Below are positions 59,251 to 64,000 of a stretch of DNA of 64,000 nt, one piece after another. Below the pieces are notes generated by a model. It saw only the letters and a list, made by a program, of their open reading frames with translations. It made no database searches and had not been told where the DNA came from. The DNA comes from Octopus vulgaris (Eukaryota), in contig OX597815.1 in the NCBI GenBank assembly GCA_951406725.2, positions 156,488,001 to 156,552,000 on the forward strand, in the 5' to 3' direction. The translations under genes and the position numbers were made by a program. Position 1 is the stretch's first letter. The number at the start of each line of letters is the position of its first letter.

Positions 59251-60106
59251 ATTCCATCAAAATTAGGGTCAATCTTCCATTGAATTAACAGTTACCAACA
59301 AATCATTCCATGTTCCAGTTTCACATCACCTTTCTACAATGGAAGCCGAATCTAGGGACAAAGTATTGTATCATCTTATACGACATTGTTTTCTTCTTTC
59401 GAGTACTCCTTCAAAGCAATCGCGCCAACGATTTTCAAAAGACATGCGATACTGATATCATGTAGTACAATATTGAGTATAGTACTAGTGCAATACCATT
59501 ATACTAATTACCTATCTCATATATTTGCCTATATGGCAATTGTTCAATAATCAAATAAAATTGATATTCATCTGCCGATACCAGTAATTATACTGAGATC
59601 AATTCAACTGATAATAATTTTCACCATGAATAATGGATTTGTTGTGTCGTTACACAGAATCACGATAATGCAATGTATGATCTAACTTGAAAGCAGTGAG
59701 CACCGGATTAAATATGAGGAACTATTCAGTCCCCTCTCCTTTTTTTTTTGTTGTTGCTTAGTGTTCAAATTCGGCCAGAGTAAATTTTGCTGATTCAACC
59801 ATCCCAGACCGATTCAATAAGTGCCAGTACAGTATATTACATAATCAATTCATTTTACTATATTCATGGCCCGTAATTAAGTATTGCGTCTAATTACACA
59901 GCGATCAATATCAATCTGATACTAAGTGCTAGCTCTACAATTTTATCAGATAATATAATACATGCAGTTACTAATAAAAGTATACGTATCTTAATTTCCC
60001 CGTTAGTTGCTGACCAAAGTTTAAATAGTTCAGGTAGTCCAATCTTTACGTGTGTTATCCTGCCCAATGAATGTTACTTTTCTAAAGTATTTACTAATTT
60101 GACATT

Positions 60107-60320
60107 AAGGCAGTGAGCTGGCAGAATCGTTAGCACACCGGGCAAAAGTCTTAGCGGCATTTTGTTCGTTTTTACGATTTATGTTCAAATTCTGCCGAGG
60201 TCGACTTCACTTTTCATCCTTTCAGGGTCGATAAAATGTCTACCAGTTGAGCACTGGGGTCGACGTAATCGACTTAACCTCTCACTCGATATTGCTGGCC
60301 TTGTACGCAAGTCTGAAATC
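60107..60320 (+). mobile_element. tRNA-derived SINE, family C
   Basis: Collinear with 29943-30110. Confidence 0.75.
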
Positions 60321-61610
60321 AATATTAGTTCTTTTTTGAATTATTTTGATTAAGACAAATACTAATTTGGCATTGATAATTAAATTGATATTTGCACACA
60401 GATGTTTTCATTTCTTTATTGAGTGATGTTCCCTTCTCATATATTTTAACGAGCAGTAGAAATAACAAACTACTTTTTCGGTGATTAATTTCCCTTTGTA
60501 ATTTAAGTTCAATCCCTACTGTGGGTAATTTTACTTTTTATCTTCGAATATCGGTAAACTAAATACTGATAATGTAGTGGAACTAATTTAGCCAACTATA
60601 ACCCTTGCTTATAATTAGTTGCTTTTCCTAAGTGCAAAAGAATCAGCATTAATCCGATATTAATAGTATCTGATATTTCATAAATGCTGAAACCATTTAA
60701 ATATATTAAATAGAATTCTTTTCATTACGATATTCAATTTCAGTTCTTAGTGGAAATATCGAAAATTTGTAACAATTTTTCACATAATTATAGTAAAAGA
60801 AAATATTGGAATTTGACGGACATTATTTTTCGGTTACACTGTTTCTATGTTAGAAATGGCATTGCTATTCTTAGATTGAAATCATATTCATATACTTGTT
60901 GTTGCCAGTGTTGGTTGTGTTCAGTTTTACTTCTTATTTCAGAATAATTTCCCTGTAATTGTTAATTGTATTTCGATGTCTTATACTTTGAGATACACGC
61001 ATTTAGATGTTCCCATTTGTCATTCTTATACACACGCAAACACACACACAAGCACACAGCGCGCACACACACGGACATACACACACAAACACACGCATAC
61101 ACACATGTATCATATATTTACGGGACAATGCTTCACCATTTAACGTTACATGCCATGTTAAATTAGCAATTTATATGCAGCACCTTGCATTTTTAATGAG
61201 AAATGTTTTATGCTTATGAAAATGTCACAGACAATAGAGAACTTGGCTATATGCATTTCTCTATTTAGTTACATGTCTCTCAGTTCCAAGTTCAAATCTC
61301 GCTATTATCGATTTCAATTTACATCCTAGAGGGACATTAACATGAGTCATAATCAATTCAATAGAGTCAAAACCCCGTAACCACTAATGTCTAATTAAAA
61401 GTAATTGGTTATAATTAGTAAAATGGCGTTACATTCGAGAACTATATCATTCTATGTAAGAACATGGTGAAATGAATGTCATTAGCTGAGATGATTTGGA
61501 ATTTTGTTTCCCTATGGAATAACTATGCTACAACAATACGTGGAATTTCTACTTCCCTGTAAATATCAAATCGTATTTTCATGTTCCCTTTAAAGTGCGC
61601 CATGACACAA

Positions 61611-63847
<2,237 letters not shown>

Positions 63848-64000
63848 AAGTGAATATATTAACAAAGATTTAAGGCCCTGAATGATAACATCTTGCAGCT
63901 AGTATTTTCACTACTCATTTCCTCCGCCTTTACGTTCTGAGTTTATATTCCGCCGAGGTCGACTTTGCTTTTCATCCCCTTCGGGGTCAATAGATTAAGT

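Overview
AT-rich, microsatellite-dense eukaryotic DNA made mostly of repeats. The SINE, LINE and microsatellite make-up and the 18S fragment look like an octopus-type cephalopod (inference). No confident host gene is present, only a speculative three-exon peptide-precursor-like chain near 2.3-3.8 kb. Most long ORFs in the track are microsatellite artefacts. Recognisable elements are: several Penelope-like retroelements (PLEs, RT/GIY-YIG), two of them as head-to-head palindromes; decayed Academ, Helitron, mariner and piggyBac transposons; R4-like, Tx1-like and RTE-like LINE remnants; tRNA-derived SINEs; and an 18S rRNA fragment. The main hidden signal is about ten type I hammerhead ribozyme (HHR) motifs, six near-intact and four decayed, read by eye. 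They sit in PLE 3' ends and in two ORF-less units: a 366-bp tandem repeat at 55.6-56.3 kb and a permuted ~0.5-kb unit at 9.1-9.7 kb. These resemble retrozyme-like non-autonomous elements that insert in (TA)n microsatellites. Several carry a recurrent CCGANGA variant of the CUGANGA core. Family and clade names come from recalled motifs, not database searches.
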